A stretch of DNA of 64,000 nucleotides from positions 617,385 through 681,384 of the forward strand of contig JBAZSB010000001.1 in assembly GCA_041662625.1 (NCBI GenBank). Reading direction: 5' to 3'. The notes under the pieces are model-generated. The model saw nothing but the letters and a program-made list of their open reading frames with translations, did not search any database and had not been told where the DNA came from. Of the stretch, positions 55,508 through 64,000 are shown piece by piece (the first letter of the stretch is position 1; each line of letters begins with the position of its first letter). The translations under genes and the position numbers were made by a program. The DNA comes from Patescibacteria group bacterium. GTDB lineage: Bacteria > Patescibacteriota > Patescibacteriia > Buchananbacterales > UBA6539.

Positions 55508-55531
55508 AAAATCGCCAATCCGGCGATTTTT
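55508..55531 (+). terminator. terminator of conserved AATCGCC-N5-GGCGATTTTT family
   Basis: aaAATCGCCaatccGGCGATTttt. Confidence 0.7.
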
Positions 55532-55564
55532 ACTTGCCCACTCTTGGGTAGGATATAAAAAAAT

Positions 55565-56215
55565 ATGGATAAAAAAATTTTTATTGCCCTGACTCTTTAT
55601 TTAACTGCCCTTTTTGCCTCCAACACCTTGGGGATTAAATTGATGCCTTTTATTTTTGGTACTCATCTATCAGCGGCAATTTTTGCTTTTCCCATTGTTT
55701 TTTTAATGACTGATGTCATTGGTGAAGTTTACGGCAAAACACTGGCCCGGCTTTTTGTTAAAATGGGATTTTTTAGCACCCTGTTTTTCTTAGGCTTAAA
55801 CTGGCTTTCCAATGTCATGCCGGCCTCCCCAGATTTTTTTATGTTGCAGTCTTATAATGAAATTTTCGGCCTTTCTTTCCGTTTCGCCCTGGCGTCGCTT
55901 GCCGCCTTTGTCGTTGGCGAATACCAAGACGTTTTCTCTTTCTTTTTTCTTAAGGCCAAACTGGGCGGCAAACATTTCTGGCTCCGGTCTAACCTCTCCA
56001 ACCTCTGGGGTCAGCTGATTGATAGCGTAATTTGGTCCCTAATTGCGTTTTTGGGCGTCTATTCCCTAAAAATGATTGTAATGATCATCATCCCCTGGTG
56101 GCTGTTTAAAGTCGGCATGGGCATTATCTATACTCCCCTGAGTTATTTAGGCATAAGGCTTTTAAAAGGCAAATCATCATCTCCGGCTTTAAGTGACCAA
56201 GAATTAAAATCTTAA
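55565..56215 (+). CDS. queuosine-precursor (VUT / YhhQ, DUF165) family transporter
   Basis: 216 aa, 6 TM; ...AIFAFPIVFLMTDVIGEVYGK... Confidence 0.6.
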   Translation: MDKKIFIALTLYLTALFASNTLGIKLMPFIFGTHLSAAIFAFPIVFLMTDVIGEVYGKTLARLFVKMGFFSTLFFLGLNWLSNVMPASPDFFMLQSYNEIFGLSFRFALASLAAFVVGEYQDVFSFFFLKAKLGGKHFWLRSNLSNLWGQLIDSVIWSLIAFLGVYSLKMIVMIIIPWWLFKVGMGIIYTPLSYLGIRLLKGKSSSPALSDQELKS

Positions 56216-56334
56216 ATCAAATTCTGGTCTTGGCTCTATCCGCCGACTCAAATTCGAGATATCCCCCGTCATTAGCTATTGTAAAAAATAAAAACTTGGT
56301 ATAAGATAGAAATGTCGGGTGGAAAACAAGATAA

Positions 56335-56432
56335 GAATAAAATTAATTTTTAATTTAGAATTTAGAATTTTGATTCAATATTAAAATATTAGAATATTGA
56401 ATTAAAATTAGAATTTAAAAATTCTAGCTAGT
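56335..56432. repeat. AT-rich palindromic intergenic element (AATATT / GAATTT family)
   Basis: ttaatttttaatttagaatttagaattttgattcaatattaaaatattagaatattgaattaaaattagaatttaaaaattc. Confidence 0.5.
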
Positions 56433-57767
56433 ATGAATAATAATATCGAACTAAAGACAACTGAAAAAACAATCGAAAAGAAAAAATTTCTTTTTGTCTC
56501 TTATGATGCCTTAATCAGTGATATCGCCTGGCAAGTAATTAAGGAAGGTCATGAAGCCAAATATTATATCGAAAGTAAAATGGAAAATGATATTGCCGAC
56601 GGATTTGTTCCCAAAACCGATGACTGGGAAAAAGAATTGGATTGGGCCGATATCGTAATTTTTGATGATGTTTTAGGTATGGGTAAAATGGCCCAAAAAG
56701 CCCGCAAAAAAGGCAAATTAGTCATTGGTGGCACGCCCTATTCCGATATGCTGGAAGACGATCGCTCATTTGGCCAGGAAGAATTAAAAAGATTTGGTAT
56801 CCCTATCATCCCCTACCAAAGCTTTACCTCGTTTGACGAAGCCATCAGCTATGTCCAGCAAAATCCGGCCCGCTATGTCATCAAACCCAGTGGCGAAGCC
56901 CAAAACATCAAACTCTTCCTTTTTGTCGGTGCGGAAGATGACGGCAAAGATGTGATTCAGGTTTTAACTGCCTACAAAAAGATCGCTAAAAAAGAAATCC
57001 AGGTATTCCAGCTCCAGAGATGGGTCAATGGGGTCGAGGTGGCGGTTGGCGCTTTTTTCAACGGCAAAGAATTTGTTTACCCCATTAACGTTAATTTTGA
57101 ACATAAAAAACTATTCCCCAGAAACATCGGGCCTTCCACCGGCGAAATGGGCACCAGTATGTTTTGGAGCATGCCTAACCGCATCTTTAATCTGACCCTA
57201 AAAAAGATGGAGGCCAAACTAGCCGAAGAAGGCTATACTGGTTACATTGACCTCAGCTGTATTGTCAATAATAATGGGATTTATCCTTTGGAATTTACCG
57301 CCCGGTTCGGCTACCCCACCATCAGCATCCAGCAGGAAGGCATTTTAATGCCCATTTCTGAATTCCTTTATAAACTGGCGGAGGGTACTTTAACCAAATT
57401 TCGAACCCGAAGCGGTTTTCAAATCGGAGTCCGGATTGTGGCGCCGCCCTTTCCCTACGGCTCGGATATTAAAATTTTGGACAAACATTTCCGCGAAAAA
57501 GTTGTGATTTTCAAAAAACCGAATTTTGAAGGCGTTCATATTGAAGATGTAAAATTGGTTGACGGCGAATGGGTGCTAACCGGTACTTCTGGTGTATCCC
57601 TAATTATCGTCGGGTTGGGCCAGACAATGAAACAAGCTCAGCATCAGGTTTACCAAAGAATTACAAATGTTTTGATTCCGGATATGTATTACCGCACTGA
57701 TATCGGTGACCGCTGGTTTGAAGACAGCGACAAATTACACAACTGGGGTTATTTAAGAGAAGCCTAA
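56433..57767 (+). CDS. ATP-grasp enzyme, phosphoribosylamine--glycine ligase (PurD)-like
   Basis: 444 aa; N / ATP-grasp / C domain order; YVIKPSGEAQ..., ...EFTARFGYPT... resembling PurD EFNCRFGDPE. Confidence 0.5.
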   Translation: MNNNIELKTTEKTIEKKKFLFVSYDALISDIAWQVIKEGHEAKYYIESKMENDIADGFVPKTDDWEKELDWADIVIFDDVLGMGKMAQKARKKGKLVIGGTPYSDMLEDDRSFGQEELKRFGIPIIPYQSFTSFDEAISYVQQNPARYVIKPSGEAQNIKLFLFVGAEDDGKDVIQVLTAYKKIAKKEIQVFQLQRWVNGVEVAVGAFFNGKEFVYPINVNFEHKKLFPRNIGPSTGEMGTSMFWSMPNRIFNLTLKKMEAKLAEEGYTGYIDLSCIVNNNGIYPLEFTARFGYPTISIQQEGILMPISEFLYKLAEGTLTKFRTRSGFQIGVRIVAPPFPYGSDIKILDKHFREKVVIFKKPNFEGVHIEDVKLVDGEWVLTGTSGVSLIIVGLGQTMKQAQHQVYQRITNVLIPDMYYRTDIGDRWFEDSDKLHNWGYLREA

Positions 57768-57879
57768 AAATTACTAGACATCAAACTCGCCGGTTCCCTT
57801 CGGACCGCTTTTTTGTTAAACTTTAAAGGTAAGTCATCTCTTTCTGACCATTATTAAATAAGTGAAATAAGCTAGTAGG

Positions 57880-58080
57880 CTCTACCCCCTCTCCCTGTCC
57901 CTCCCCCACCTTTCGATTCTGCTCAAGGTGGCCTTGAGCTTGCCAAAAGGCCGCAAGGGGGGAGGGGACGAGATTAATAGGTTCGATGTGGTATTAGTTG
58001 AAACTCATTAATATCGTTTCCCTCTCCCTTAATGGGAGAGGGAACAAGGGAGAGGGTGAGGATAAGTATAACCCAATAGA
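57880..58080 (+). promoter_or_regulatory. structured polypyrimidine/polypurine-tract leader upstream of the 58087 gene
   Basis: ccccctctccctgtccctccccc ... aaggggggaggggac; TTTCCCTCTCCC-ttaat-GGGAGAGGGAA hairpin then a second GGGAGAGGGTGAGGA overlapping the SD-like region. Confidence 0.4.
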
Positions 58081-58086
58081 AAATCT

Positions 58087-59220
58087 ATGGATTCAAAACA
58101 AAATAATTCAGACAACAATAAAGAACTTGAGAGACTGATGAGAGATTTTGGTAATGTGGCTAATGCTTTAGCGATGTATCCGCCCGGCCATCCCCTGGCC
58201 GTAAGCCAGCTAAACAAGCTCTACCAAAAAATCACCAGTGCTTTTGAATCCACTGATATGTTAGCCATCCACCAAGGGGAAGGAATTTTGATAATTAATG
58301 ACAAACAAATAGCGGCTAATACCCCTTCAATCAAAAAAATTGTTGAACATCTTAACGATTTCAAAGTGACTGATCTGGAAATAACTAAAGGAATCAGCCT
58401 TGAAGAATTAAAAAATTTTTTGGAAATTATTACTCATAGCCAAGAAAGTATGGGGATGTATCCGGATCTAAAAACCGCCTGCGAGAAGAATCAGATTACT
58501 CATATCCAGTCACTCCAAGCGGCCTATATCCGGGTGCCAAAAAACGTCAAAGATAAGCTAGGCGGAAAAATAGTCGGCGAACTAAAAATCAGCACTGATG
58601 AAATGAAACGTTTGGTTGCCTACCTGAAAGGAGAAGTCGCACTCCAACACCCTGGTGAGACCAAAATCTATAAAAAAGTTTTTGCCAAACCCGAACTTTT
58701 AAGCAATCTGGTTGATCAAATCATTGTTGAATCCGCCAATCAGGAGCCGGAAAAAAGGAAAAAACTGGTGATTGTGGTTTTAAATCAAATCGGCCGTTAT
58801 CTAGCCCAAGACTCAACTAACCCCAGCCGGCAAAACCAAAACGTTAAAATTATTGATGCTTTGGCTAAAGCGCTGAATGGTTCAAAAAACTTTATTGCCC
58901 TCGGTGCTGATAATAATCTGAAAAATGAAGTTAGCCAAACCGTAGAAAAAATCAAATCTTTGGTAAAAAATCAAACTTTAATGGCGGAATACGCCAAATA
59001 CCAAGAAAAATTTCAGGAAATCAAAACCAAACTCCAAAAAATTTCCCCTCAGCTGGTAGAACTGGATTTGCCCAAAACAGCCGGTAGCACCCCGGAACTA
59101 ACTAAACTACTCCAAGAAATCAAAAGTTTTTTGGAAAAAATAAAAGCCAGTAGAGCTCTGGCTGAAGCTGATATTAAAAACATTGATTCCCTACTGCTAA
59201 AACTAAAAAAATATCTCTAA
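58087..59220 (+). CDS. hypothetical protein (alpha-helical, K/E-rich C-terminus)
   Basis: 377 aa, no recognised motif. Confidence 0.4.
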   Translation: MDSKQNNSDNNKELERLMRDFGNVANALAMYPPGHPLAVSQLNKLYQKITSAFESTDMLAIHQGEGILIINDKQIAANTPSIKKIVEHLNDFKVTDLEITKGISLEELKNFLEIITHSQESMGMYPDLKTACEKNQITHIQSLQAAYIRVPKNVKDKLGGKIVGELKISTDEMKRLVAYLKGEVALQHPGETKIYKKVFAKPELLSNLVDQIIVESANQEPEKRKKLVIVVLNQIGRYLAQDSTNPSRQNQNVKIIDALAKALNGSKNFIALGADNNLKNEVSQTVEKIKSLVKNQTLMAEYAKYQEKFQEIKTKLQKISPQLVELDLPKTAGSTPELTKLLQEIKSFLEKIKASRALAEADIKNIDSLLLKLKKYL

Positions 59221-59442
59221 TTTAGACAAACCCCGCACCTATATTTACTATTAATCTAATAGGTAGGCCAGGATCCCCATCCCGGCTGTCAATTTATACG
59301 CCAGCTAATCGCAGGCGGATTTTTAGACAAAGAGAAAACGGCCGAGTACCTTGTCTAGCTTGCGCTAGGGTACTCGGCCGTTTCAATTCGTTTCGACTCG
59401 CCTCCGCCAAGTTGTTCACTCGGCAAATTGTGGTGAGTCAGG

Positions 59443-60825
59443 CTACTCCTTCGGCGGTGTCATCTTGACACCCATTCCGTAGAAGCCTTCTCGAAGCACC
59501 CCGACAATCTCGTCGAGTTTCTCCGAGTTCTTCGCGTTGACGTCAGCGTTGGCCTGGTTGGCTTTCGCATTCGCCTGGTTGGCATCGGCCACGTCTTTGG
59601 TCACCTTGACCAACTGCTCCATCGACTGGGCCGTCCGGTCAAGCGAATTGCCCACTCTGTCCAGCGTGTTGGACACCAGCCCATTCGCGCGGGCCGGATC
59701 CAAGCCGGATACGCCGATTGCTCGACCGTGCGCGCTCATCAGCGCTTCAACCGCCTCATTGACTTCCGACCCATCTCCGTCGGCGATGGCCTTGTAGACC
59801 ATGCGGTCCCAATGGACGTTCCGAGAGCCAATGACTTCGAGTTCGCCGTGATTGTCAAGGTAGACTTTGGCATGAAGCCGGTTGTCTACAACCTGGGCTC
59901 CTTCGATGTCCTCCTTGGTCGCTGCTGCTTCGGTGGCCTTCTTGGCGGGCTCGTCCTTGGCGGCCTTGGCCACTTCCGTAGCCTGAGCCTTGGCCTTCGC
60001 GTCGTCGGACGCCGCCTCCTTGTGTCTGGACCACCCGAACACCAAGCCGATAGCCAGGACGAGACAGGCAGCCACGATCAGGAAGCCTCTGTTCAACCAG
60101 AACGGTATCCCGGTGGCGACGCCTCCGTCTGCTGTCGGCTCGGGCCGATTGCGGTCCCGACGCGGCTGGCGTTCCTCGCGCGGCCGAAAGGGAAGATCCT
60201 CGTGTCCCCGCGGCTGGCGTTCCTCGTGTCCCCGACGTGACGGCGCTCTCCGACCACCGCGATCTTCCCGATCGCCAAGCGGTTCGAAGCCACCGTCCGG
60301 ATCGAAGCCACCGCCTCCATCGACGTCCGGATTAAACTCCGAACCGCCTTCGACTGGTTGCCCCGACGGAACAATGGTCGGGATCTCGAAACCGCCCTCG
60401 TCAGGATCCCCGCCACTTGTTGCAGCGGAGAAAAGCGGCGGCGGGGTTCGGCCGGCGGCAACGGGCCCTTCTTCATCCAGGCTGAGACGATTCTCATCAA
60501 GGAAGAGCGGGGGCGGGGTGGTGCCGACGGGCTGCTTGCCTTCTTCGGGGACATCTGCCAGCGGCACAAATCCGAACTGCTGATCTTCTTCCGCACCGGC
60601 AGTCGGAAAGGCTGTGCCAGCGGCAGCAGGAATTCCCGGTGCGGCTCCCCTCAATGCCTCGACGAAGGCTACTCCTGCCGGATCGGCACGAAAGTGTTCT
60701 TGATCGTCCGCTTGGAACAGGGCATCGAGATCACTCTGACCCATCCCGGACTCACTCCGTGCGTCGGTCACTTCTTGCCCCGGACCGGCTTCGGGATCTT
60801 TTGCTCCACTCGTGTTCTCGTCCAT
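59443..60825 (-). CDS. GC-rich single-pass membrane protein with disordered acidic/Pro-rich cytoplasmic N-region and extracytoplasmic C-domain
   Basis: 460 aa; TM at about 237-260 (GFLIVAACLVLAIGLVFGW); internal nucleotide repeats (cgcggctggcgttcctcg x2) encoding EERQPRGHE / REERQPRRD. Confidence 0.5.
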   Translation of the reverse strand: MDENTSGAKDPEAGPGQEVTDARSESGMGQSDLDALFQADDQEHFRADPAGVAFVEALRGAAPGIPAAAGTAFPTAGAEEDQQFGFVPLADVPEEGKQPVGTTPPPLFLDENRLSLDEEGPVAAGRTPPPLFSAATSGGDPDEGGFEIPTIVPSGQPVEGGSEFNPDVDGGGGFDPDGGFEPLGDREDRGGRRAPSRRGHEERQPRGHEDLPFRPREERQPRRDRNRPEPTADGGVATGIPFWLNRGFLIVAACLVLAIGLVFGWSRHKEAASDDAKAKAQATEVAKAAKDEPAKKATEAAATKEDIEGAQVVDNRLHAKVYLDNHGELEVIGSRNVHWDRMVYKAIADGDGSEVNEAVEALMSAHGRAIGVSGLDPARANGLVSNTLDRVGNSLDRTAQSMEQLVKVTKDVADANQANAKANQANADVNAKNSEKLDEIVGVLREGFYGMGVKMTPPKE

Positions 60826-60858
60826 TACTCGACACTCCTTCTTGTAAGGCGGCTGGAT

Positions 60859-62082
60859 TCAGCCAACCGCCGGCCTGATTTCAACGTTCACTTCACTGCC
60901 ATTCACTACCATCAACCCAAGAGGGGCTTCCGGCCGATTCGTCTCTTCGAACACCAGGTTACTTTCCCATTTGCCGCTCTCCCCCTGGTGGATTTCATGG
61001 AGAGCGACTGCCCCAAACGATCCCTGCCGAACTTGAATCTTTCGGTAATCTTTGGGTAGCTTGTCGAAGACTACCTTGAACCGATCACCCTGATCGGCGA
61101 TTACCTTGGACCAGGTCCAACTGTCGAGGTCGTCGGGGTTGCCCGGCTTCACTGTCACCGTGTCCGTCTTCGGATGCGGCTTGGTGGGCCAGGTCGCCTT
61201 GGCAATGCTGGAACTGGTAGGAGCAGCAGCTACCTTCTCTTTGCTCGCAGGCAAAATTTGAGGTGGCTCTTCTTTTGGCGTTGCCGGTGGGCTCACCGAT
61301 GCGGCCAAATTGGGCTGCTCAACTACCTTCTGAATGGTATCAAATCGGATTTCTCCGCGCTTTACCAACCAGACACCATTCGAATCTGGTTGATACTGCT
61401 CGATCGGGACCATGTTAGCGGACATCCCGGTCTTGCCAGTCAAGCGAAAACTGGCATAAAGCGGCAGGTCGGGCCGAATCTCGAAAGTCGGGTCAACGAT
61501 CCACTTCCAGACCTTCTTCTTCTCACCCGACTGTTCGTCCACAACCTCTTCGATTACATTCCGATAGACCGGCGGGGTAACCTTGGGATCCCGGACGAAT
61601 TCGCCCGTTGTCTCATCCTTACGGAAGAACGGCTTGAGCTCCACGAGCTCGAAATCCGTCATCCCAGCCTGGATGAGTTCGAGCCGCTTTCCTGCCTGGT
61701 CGATATCCAAGAGGTCACCTGACATCTTGTCTGACGACGCAGCCAACGGATTACGGCCGGAAGTCAAACCGACCTTCTGCGACATTACTTGCAGTCGCGT
61801 TGGGCCAGTTCTGACCTCACTACTGACTTCGACTCCCAGATCCAGATTGGGTATACCGGGAAGGTTCACTTCCGGCACCTGCTGATCCAGGAGCGGCACG
61901 AGCAGCAGGAATGGCGTCGCCAAACAGGCCAACACCAACCATTTGCGTGCCCGCGTCTTCCAGAACAGTACAACCGCTACTGCCACCACCGCCATAATAG
62001 CCCCGGCCAAAGTGGTCAACCACCAAGCCAGAACCAAAACGGCTGCCAAAACGATGAATCGCCATATCCAGAACATGCTCAT
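60859..62082 (-). CDS. GC-rich membrane protein (two N-terminal TM) of unknown function
   Basis: 407 aa; ATGA overlap with the upstream gene, suggesting translational coupling. Confidence 0.5.
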   Translation of the reverse strand: MSMFWIWRFIVLAAVLVLAWWLTTLAGAIMAVVAVAVVLFWKTRARKWLVLACLATPFLLLVPLLDQQVPEVNLPGIPNLDLGVEVSSEVRTGPTRLQVMSQKVGLTSGRNPLAASSDKMSGDLLDIDQAGKRLELIQAGMTDFELVELKPFFRKDETTGEFVRDPKVTPPVYRNVIEEVVDEQSGEKKKVWKWIVDPTFEIRPDLPLYASFRLTGKTGMSANMVPIEQYQPDSNGVWLVKRGEIRFDTIQKVVEQPNLAASVSPPATPKEEPPQILPASKEKVAAAPTSSSIAKATWPTKPHPKTDTVTVKPGNPDDLDSWTWSKVIADQGDRFKVVFDKLPKDYRKIQVRQGSFGAVALHEIHQGESGKWESNLVFEETNRPEAPLGLMVVNGSEVNVEIRPAVG

Positions 62083-63245
62083 TCTCCTCGTCTCTTCCTA
62101 CCACCCGTCCCGCGGGTGGGTTTACTCGTTGGAATTTCTGTCTCTTCTGCGTCTTCAGCCACCTTCTCCTTACCACCGGCCTTGGCCCCAGACGAATCAA
62201 CACCGCCAAAGTCCAAGGTTACGGTTGGAAAACGGAGACCACCTTTCCCTGCTGCCAAGGTGTTTTGTAATCCCTCGGCAACCGGAAGAAAGATATTCCA
62301 CGGTGACTCGTCCGGCATCCCAGCGCCTTTCCTTAGGCTCTCCAATGCCTTACCGCGCTGAACTGCAGCCCGCGCACCCAACTCCGACTCGGTCACATGG
62401 GCCATTCCTGCCAGAACTTTTTCCAGAGGAAAGATGTTCTGGAAGCCAATGACTACCCTGATACCGAATCGTCCGATGTCGGGAACTTCCTCTTCAACGC
62501 CGCCGTTCATAATCTTGGTCGCGGCGTCGGCGAGTTGCATTAGTTCTCCCGCGTGGGCGATCTCAACTAACTCCACATCGGAGTAACCCGTTGTGACGTA
62601 GTTGATCGCGACTGACATAGCCTGAAGGATTACATCTTTCGATTTCCCCTTCAGGACGACAGCCCAGAGGATGGGATCAATCACTTCATACATCACGGTA
62701 GGATCCACATCAACCGGATTCGTTCTGGTGTTGGTCCGCACCCTCTTGGCATCAAGGCCTTGGGTTCGCATATCAACGACCTGAACTTCTACCCACAACA
62801 ATTCCGGCAGAACGATCATCTGCCAACCCTGACGCAAGTCTTGGTAGCTTCTCGCGTCCGAGGTATCATCACTTGGAGAAAATGAATTTCGTACCACCCA
62901 CGAAAACTTCTGGGGGATGTTACGAATTTCCACTAACCCAAGGATGACAATCCTCGTCATCAGGATCGGCTTACCGATTTCTTCATCCCGGCCGACTTCC
63001 TTCTTCTCCCAGAGGAAAAGAGGAACTCCTTGCTTCTGGCAGAACCACCGCCAGAAAAGGATTGCGCCACCAATCAGCGGCACAGCCACAGCGACAGTTA
63101 CCTTTGGGTTTTCACTCCACCCGAGGATAAACAGTGTCACTGCCAGCGCTAGCAGAACCAGCGCCTTGATCACTACCATTGCCAGTCTCATGTGTTTCGC
63201 TCCTTTCCAGAGTATCTCCAGGTCCCAAAGGACCTTACGTTGCAT
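62079..63245 (-). CDS. GC-rich SPFH / band-7 (stomatin/HflK-C-like) domain membrane protein
   Basis: N-terminal TM, then SPFH-like core (…ILMTRIVILGLVEIRNIPQKF…VDMRTQGLD…DVILQAMSVAINYVTTGYSDVELVEIAHAGELMQLADAATKIM…). Confidence 0.5.
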   Translation of the reverse strand: MQRKVLWDLEILWKGAKHMRLAMVVIKALVLLALAVTLFILGWSENPKVTVAVAVPLIGGAILFWRWFCQKQGVPLFLWEKKEVGRDEEIGKPILMTRIVILGLVEIRNIPQKFSWVVRNSFSPSDDTSDARSYQDLRQGWQMIVLPELLWVEVQVVDMRTQGLDAKRVRTNTRTNPVDVDPTVMYEVIDPILWAVVLKGKSKDVILQAMSVAINYVTTGYSDVELVEIAHAGELMQLADAATKIMNGGVEEEVPDIGRFGIRVVIGFQNIFPLEKVLAGMAHVTESELGARAAVQRGKALESLRKGAGMPDESPWNIFLPVAEGLQNTLAAGKGGLRFPTVTLDFGGVDSSGAKAGGKEKVAEDAEETEIPTSKPTRGTGGRKRRGE

Positions 63246-63485
63246 ACGGTTTCAGTCCACACTTCATCATAATTACTATACTTATATTGTCAAATTGCTG
63301 CCTTTTTCGCGCTAAAACAACAGAACAGCAATATTATATAATAGCATATTTTCAAAATTCTGTCAATATAAAATCGAAACTAAACTAAAAAAATCCCTAA
63401 TTTAAGGGAATTTTTTAAATTTTTTGCTAATTTAGGGTTATTTAAAAAATCTTATTTCTACCTATCAAATTTCAATATATAAGTC

Positions 63486-63887
63486 CTATTTACCTCCTGG
63501 AACACGAGTTTCTTCACCTCCTGGAACGGATGTTGCCCCGGTACTGCCCGTTATTGCCCCAAGTACAAAAGTCACAATCGCATAACTCATAAAAATAATC
63601 ACTAACCCAAAGGCCGCCCACATTACCATATCTTTGCCTTTTTTAATCTTTTCTTCACTGCCCGCCGCTATTACCCAGGTAAAACCACCTAAGATAAAGA
63701 CAAGTAGGGCCAGTGATCCGACAATACCCAAAAGCGCTTTAATTACATTACCAATTATGGCCCGCGGATCGGTTACACCGGATCCTAAGGGGTTAGGTAA
63801 TTCCACTGCCAAAACAACATTAAAATTCAAAAAAAACAAAAGAAGTAAAGTGGTAAAAAGAATAGTTCTTTTGATTCCTTTGGTCAT
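63486..63887 (-). CDS. TrbC/VirB2-like pilin family protein
   Basis: 133 aa; signal peptide then ELPNPLGSGVTDPRAIIGNVIKALLGIVGSLALLVFILGGFTWVIAAGSEEKIKKGKDMVMWAAFGLVIIFMSYAIV (two hydrophobic helices around a short polar loop). Confidence 0.55.
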   Translation of the reverse strand: MTKGIKRTILFTTLLLLFFLNFNVVLAVELPNPLGSGVTDPRAIIGNVIKALLGIVGSLALLVFILGGFTWVIAAGSEEKIKKGKDMVMWAAFGLVIIFMSYAIVTFVLGAITGSTGATSVPGGEETRVPGGK

Positions 63888-64000
63888 ACTATAATTATAA
63901 GTTACCTCGTTTAGAGTGTCAACGTCACGAGATTAAGAAGCTATTTTCTTAGGCTCTGGATTTTTTTAATCTTAAATATGATCAAACCAAGACTTATAAT

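Noticed and set aside
59537-62452. Many ORFs on both strands inside the GC-rich operon (59537-59797, 59728-60240, 59990-60583, 60093-60596, 60358-61059, 61174-61722, 61583-61885, 61789-62361, 61820-62209, 61943-62452, 62917-63315)
   Set aside because: High GC suppresses stop codons and yields long spurious frames. The three collinear minus-strand genes with coupled starts are the coherent set.
1-64000. CRISPR arrays, rRNA genes, reverse transcriptase/DGR near the LamG genes, integrase/transposase genes
   Set aside because: No regularly spaced direct repeats, rRNA-like conserved blocks, RT motifs (YxDD) or integrase catalytic motifs were seen on reading the window. The tandem repeats present are protein-coding (46420-49380) or tRNA fragments.

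Overview
The window is an AT-rich, gene-dense bacterial chromosome segment that, by inference from gene content and protein style, looks like a Candidate Phyla Radiation / Patescibacteria genome. Supporting signs are a TrbC/VirB2-like pilin, an LCP protein, many small membrane and surface proteins, small basic proteins and short intergenic spacers. Housekeeping genes are clear: rpsU, hisS, lepB, a GDPD family gene, an LCP gene, der, pth, dprA, a FolC-like Mur ligase, topA, mntP, rel, parB/parA, glyQS, smpB, a tmRNA (ssrA) next to smpB, infC-rpmI-rplT, and tRNAs Val, Leu, fMet, Met/Ile(CAT) and Asp. The accessory content includes two LamG / Cys-rich secreted protein modules with a shared N-terminal anchor. 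A 5.5 kb surface-protein module contains a 1259-aa Cys-rich protein with an internal Hint (intein-like) domain plus CscA/WxL-like partners, and is flanked by related AT-rich palindromic elements. Around tRNA-Asp and tRNA-fMet there are fragmented tRNA copies interrupted by GC-rich hairpin insertions, followed by a tandem array of five paralogous winged-helix proteins, the last fused to a possible HEPN/DUF4145-like domain. Several sharply GC-rich islands sit in the AT-rich background: two proteobacterial-style lipoproteins, a REC-Zn-ribbon protein, a structured leader upstream of a CDF transporter, and a 3-gene SPFH operon next to the VirB2-like pilin. A four-helix-bundle (rRNA-IVS-type) gene sits in an inverted-repeat cassette with a gene-less copy elsewhere. 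der carries an in-frame TAA. No CRISPR array, rRNA or reverse transcriptase was seen. All calls rest on reading the sequence and the supplied ORF translations, with no database search.
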